Shown: piece after piece, positions 59,837-64,000 of the stretch
Layout of the letters: each line of letters starts with the position of its first letter
Position numbering within the stretch: position 1 is the stretch's first letter
From: Squalus acanthias
Taxonomy: Eukaryota
DNA: 64,000 nt
Assembly: GCA_030390025.1 (NCBI GenBank)
Contig: JASTWF010000121.1
Location: forward strand, 248,001 to 312,000
Direction: 5' to 3'
Notes under the pieces: generated by a model
Seen by the model: only the letters and a program-made list of their open reading frames with translations
What the model was told of the DNA's origin: nothing
The model's database searches: none
Program-made: the position numbers and the translations under genes

Positions 59837-61320
59837 ACTATCTCCTTCTCTCCTCTCTCCACTTTCCTTCTTGTTCACTGATCCTCCAGCCCAATTTTCA
59901 GCTGCTCCTTGACTGACACCTTCCTGTGTAAGTGCAGGAGATCCGACACCTATCCATTCAACTCCTCCCACAACATCGTTCAGAGCCTCAAACACTCCGA
60001 GGATGTGAGATGCAGTTTATGTGTTCCTCCTCTATTCCAGGATACTGTATTCACTGCTCACACTGTGTTTTCCTTTACACAGATTAGGTGACTGTTTTAC
60101 CTGAGACCTCTATTCTATCTGCAGATTGTCTCCCTGTGGTCTGCTGCCTTTATTTCCTCTCCTATCCTCACTCCCTTTGGCTCACCAAAGGTGTCTGTGC
60201 TTTCCTGGGCTCGACTCTACGCTCTGGAATTGCCTCCCTCGACCTCTCTGCCTCTTTCTCCTTTTTTAGGACCCCCTTAAAACCCATCTCTTTGACCAAG
60301 CTTTTGGTTAACTCTCTTAATACCTCCTTTGGCTTGGTGTCCATTTTTCCTTCTACCTCTGTCAAGCACCTTGGATGTTTTTCTATATTAAAGGCACTAT
60401 ATAAACACAAGTTGTTGACCTCTCCACCTTTGGCCTCTGATACTGTTCCAAATGAGTGCAATGTAAGCTTCAGAGTCAATATCTTAACTTTATCCTGGAA
60501 ACTCTTTAACCCTCTGGTCTGAATATTGATTTAGTAACCTCAGACTTTAGCTATATTCCCCCATTTTCTATGTGGTAGAGGGTGCCGGTGATGTGGGGTG
60601 GGTCTTTTAGTGTCAGAGGGCAGGAGAGGCGGGTTGGCATTTGGGGTGGAGAGCCGAGGGAAGATTTCCCCGTTCCTGTGCCTGGGCGTATTGAACCGCC
60701 TGAGCACAACGTGTGGAGAAAGATCGGTTGAGGAGGAGTGTAGGTCCGTAAGGAAGCCTGCCTGATGTTCCCTCCATTCATTTAATGGACAGGAGATTGG
60801 GTGGGCTCCCTCATGGGCGCGTGCTTCTCTCTCCCCTCGATTCAATATCCCAGGCATTGCAATACATCCAGGTGCAGAAACAGGGAGATCTATCTCCTTT
60901 GTCAGAAGACTCAGCTGTTGCTGGAGTTTGTGGCCTTGGTGATGGTCTGTTTTTCCTCTCTACAGGACAGGCTGATCTACTGTATCTACCCAGTATTTTC
61001 TATTTTAATCATGGACCTGATCTGCAGGCTTTTTGTGTCTTTCTTTTCAACTCCCTCAATTTTCTTGCTTTCTCCCTCATGTGGGCCTCTCGCTCCTTTA
61101 ACGATTCACGTGTTCTTCGAATCTGTAAAGCTTTCTACTTCTTTAATGCTTCTTCCGGTTGCCCAACTGAGATGATCTTTTTTACATCATCTAACAATCT
61201 CCTGCTTTTCATTTCAGCAGCTTACGGATCATTCAACCTATTAACGCCATCTTTGTGCTTGGAGTTTCTCCTCCTTGTGTCCTGATTCTGTTGAAATGCT
61301 CGCTGATCTTTCAGCTGTCC

Positions 61321-61430
61321 GTTCTGAAGCAGGGCGTTGCCTGAAATGTTGACCTGTCTTCTCTCTCTACAGATGCTGACTGACCGGCTGTGCTTCCAGC
61401 AACTTCTGTTTTTTTGTTTCAGATTTACAA
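61321..61430 (+). mobile_element. Degenerate Penelope-type pLTR end with a decayed hammerhead-like motif
   Basis: ctgaagca-gggcgttgcct-gaaatgtt followed by ctctctctacagatgctgactgacc...tttcagattt. Confidence 0.45.
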
Positions 61431-61769
61431 CATTGGGGCCCTGAAATTCTGTGGAGCTTCTTCCTGTTTCCTGCCATGACCTCAGTGGGAGATCGGCAGA
61501 AACTCCGTCACAATGTGCAGTCATTTACACCATTTCTCCATAGGTTACAGCGGGAAACTGGTAGAACCCCATCAGAATTTCCAGGCCTTTTTATGAACAT
61601 ACGTTATAATGTTAGCTCCACAGATCTTGCATTGTAATATACTCGGGGCGATAGTCACAGGAAATTTGAAAAACACATCAAGTGACACAGAAGGGCCCAG
61701 CCTGCAGCACAATGTGTGTCAGTAAAGCAACGTGCATCATGCAGCTTGGTTGTGTTAGAAGGAATTAGA

Positions 61770-62630
61770 GTAGAATCATAGGATGGTTACAGCACATTAG
61801 GCCCGTCGAGCCCGTGCCGGCTCTCTGCAAGAGCACTTCAGCGAGTCCCACTCCCCCGCCCTTTCCCCGTAGCCCTACAATTTGTTTTCCTTCAGGTATT
61901 TATCCAATTCCCTTTTGAAAGCCACGATTGAGTCTGCCTCCAGCACCCTTTCAGGCAGCGCATTCCAGATAATAACCACTCGCTGCATAAAATAGTTTTT
62001 CCTCATGTCGCCTTTGGTTCTTCTGTCAATCAACTTAAATCTGTGTCCTCTGGTTCTCGACCCTTCCGCCAATGGGAACAGTTTCTCTCTATCTACTCTG
62101 TCTAGACCCCTCATGATTTTGAACACCTCTATCAAATCTCCTCTCAACCTTCTCTGCTCTAAGGAGAACAACCCCAGCTTCTCCAGTCTGTCCACATAAC
62201 TGAAATCCCTCATCCTTGGAACCATTCTCGTAAATCTTTTCTGCACCCTCTCTAAGGGCTTCACATCCTTCCTAAAGTGTAGTGCCCAGAATACTTCAGT
62301 TGAGGTTAAACCAGTGTTTTATAAAAGTTCATCATAACTTCCTTGTTTTTGTACTCTCTGCCTCTATTTATGAAGCCCAGGATCCTGTACGCTTTTGTAA
62401 CCGCTTTATCAACCTGCCTTGCACCTTCAATGATTTGTGCACATTTACCCCCAGGTCTTGCTGTTCATGCAGTCCCTTTAGGATGGTTCCCTTTAGTTTA
62501 TATTGCCTGTCCTCGTTCTTCCTATCAAAATGTATCACTTCGCACTTTTCTGCATTAAATTTCATCTTCCACCTCTCCGTCCATTCCACCAGCCTGTCTA
62601 TGTCTTCTTGAAGTCTGTCACTATCCTACT
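61770..62630 (-). mobile_element. CR1-clade LINE 3' fragment
   Basis: ORFs 61875-62264 and 62368-62589 (KFNAEKCEVIHF, RRLRGDLIEVFK). Confidence 0.88.
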
Positions 62631-62738
62631 TATGCCTAGTTATGTGCATATACAGTAAACATTGAAAGCGCTGTGAGGCTGTAGGAATGTTTGTTTGGGA
62701 CAGCCATGAAAGAATAGCAGGTTTTGAGGAAACCCCTT

Positions 62739-62915
62739 GGGGTGGATCTTGACTTTGTGCGATTGTGTAAACCGGGTGATCGTGAGTCGGGAGCACGTTC
62801 TACATCTCTCCCGGTTTTTATTTCTATTGGGATCAATAATCGGGAGAGATGTAGAACGGGCTGCCGACTCGCGATCACCCGTTTTACACAATCGCACAAA
62901 GTCAAGATCTACCCC
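62739..62915. mobile_element. Palindromic MITE (177 bp, PIF/Harbinger-like)
   Basis: About 80-bp near-perfect inverted arms starting ggggtRgatcttgactttgtgcgattgtgtaaa; 3-bp TSD CTT (62736-62738, 62916-62918). Confidence 0.85.
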
Positions 62916-62989
62916 CTTGTGACAGACCTGGCTTAAGAACACTGCTGTGCAGCCTTATCTCCACGGTTTGCTTCAGATCGCTCTTACTG

Positions 62990-63815
62990 GTCGGTTCAGT
63001 GGCAAATGAACTTTAACAGAGATAAATGTGAGGTGATGCACTTTGGTAGGAAAATTAGAAACATCACCGACACCTTAGACAATAAGAAACTGAATGGGGT
63101 GGAAGAGCAAAGGGATCTCGGGATACAGGTGAACAAATCATTAAAAGCAGCATCGCAGGTCAGCAAAGCAATTCAAAATGCTAACAAAGCACGGGGATTT
63201 ATTTCTAGGGGTATCGAATTCAAAAGTAGAGAAGTTACGATAAACTAGTACAGGACCCTGGTCAGGCTACACTTGGAGTACTGCGCACAGTTCAGGTCTC
63301 CAGACTATAAAAAGGACACAGAAGCACAGGAGAAAGTGTGAGGAAGATTTACAAGGATAGTACCGGAACAGAGAGATTACAGCTCTCGGGAAAGATTGAA
63401 CAGGTTGGAGCTTTTTTTCTTTAGGTGACCTGATAGAGGTCTTTAAAATTCTGAATGGGTTGGACAGGGTAGATGTGGAGAGATGTTTCCACTTGTGGGA
63501 GAATCTAAAACCAGGGGCCATAAATACAAGATAGTTATGAATAAATCCAATGGGGAAATGAGGAGAAATGTCTTTACTCAGAGGCTGGTTAGAATGTGGA
63601 ACTCATTACCACAGGAAGTGGTTGGGGCGAATAGCTTAGTTGCTTTTAAAAGGAAACTAGACGAGTACATGAGAGAAAAGGTTGGAGAAAGATCTGCTGA
63701 AAGGCTGAGATGAGGTTGATAGAATGGGAGGAGTCTCGTGTGGAGTATAAAGACCAGCACAGACTAGTTGGGCCGAATGGCCAGTTTCTGTGCGGTATAT
63801 TCTATGTAATTCGAT
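62990..63815 (+). mobile_element. Degenerate CR1-clade LINE 3' fragment
   Basis: FNRDKCEVMHFG and MFPLVGESKTRGH..WNSLPQ remnants. Confidence 0.8.
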
Positions 63816-64000
63816 GTAATATTTGCTGACAATCTGCTGCAAGTTGGTAAGAGCATTCATCGTGTCAGTTAATTCCCACAAGGCCCATTACACCAGTCTT
63901 TTTAGGGAAGGGGCTCCACGATGTGACAGAGGATGGAGTTCCTTCCCTCACTTTATCCAACGTGAGTTTCAGTGCAGCATCAGTAATTCTGGCCGTGTGT

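Larger units (their letters stand above)
58650..60120 (+). mobile_element. Old Penelope-like remnant interrupted by a MITE
   Basis: IIFCHFHHLQYDATSEHI before the MITE and TFLCKCRRSDTYPFNSS..QSLKHS after it resemble the Penelope RT/GIY-YIG linker. Confidence 0.55.

Noticed and set aside
46754-64000. Constant (C1-set) domain exon downstream of V2, or between V1 and V2
   Set aside because: No C..(F/Y)xP..W..C.V.H pattern was found in the ORFs or unique segments read. Such exons presumably lie beyond the window or are absent.

Overview
This is eukaryotic DNA, very likely from a shark or other cartilaginous fish (inferred from Deu-SINE/SacSINE1-like and HE1-like SINEs, CR1/L2/RTE LINEs, Penelope elements and the V-domain type). 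Most of the window is nested transposon debris and satellites. The only convincing host-gene content is an immunoglobulin-superfamily, antigen-receptor-like gene on the + strand. It has a classical signal-peptide exon (5994-6045, with Ets/PU.1- and IRF-like motifs upstream) and two intact, germline-joined VJ exons without RSS (27008-27355 and 46409-46753). The two VJ exons arose from a tandem segmental duplication (about 14081-34956 vs 38755-49849) that does not include that leader. Both exons are phase 1-1, so the gene could encode a V-V tandem protein or use the exons alternatively. They differ by 11 nonsynonymous changes, 1 synonymous change and one codon indel, clustered in CDR1/FR2/CDR3, with a net charge shift of about +8 in V1. 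No constant-domain exon was recognised in the window. Other notable structures are a Penelope element with tandem and inverted pseudo-LTRs carrying minimal hammerhead ribozymes, a perfect 79-bp palindrome made of Penelope ends, a CR1 insertion with a 77-bp target duplication, a LINE-tail-derived 42-bp satellite, GTGAGT satellites at the duplication borders, a solo LTR and several MITEs. An assembly gap (37795-37957) lies between the two duplicated copies. Boundaries of old repeats are approximate.
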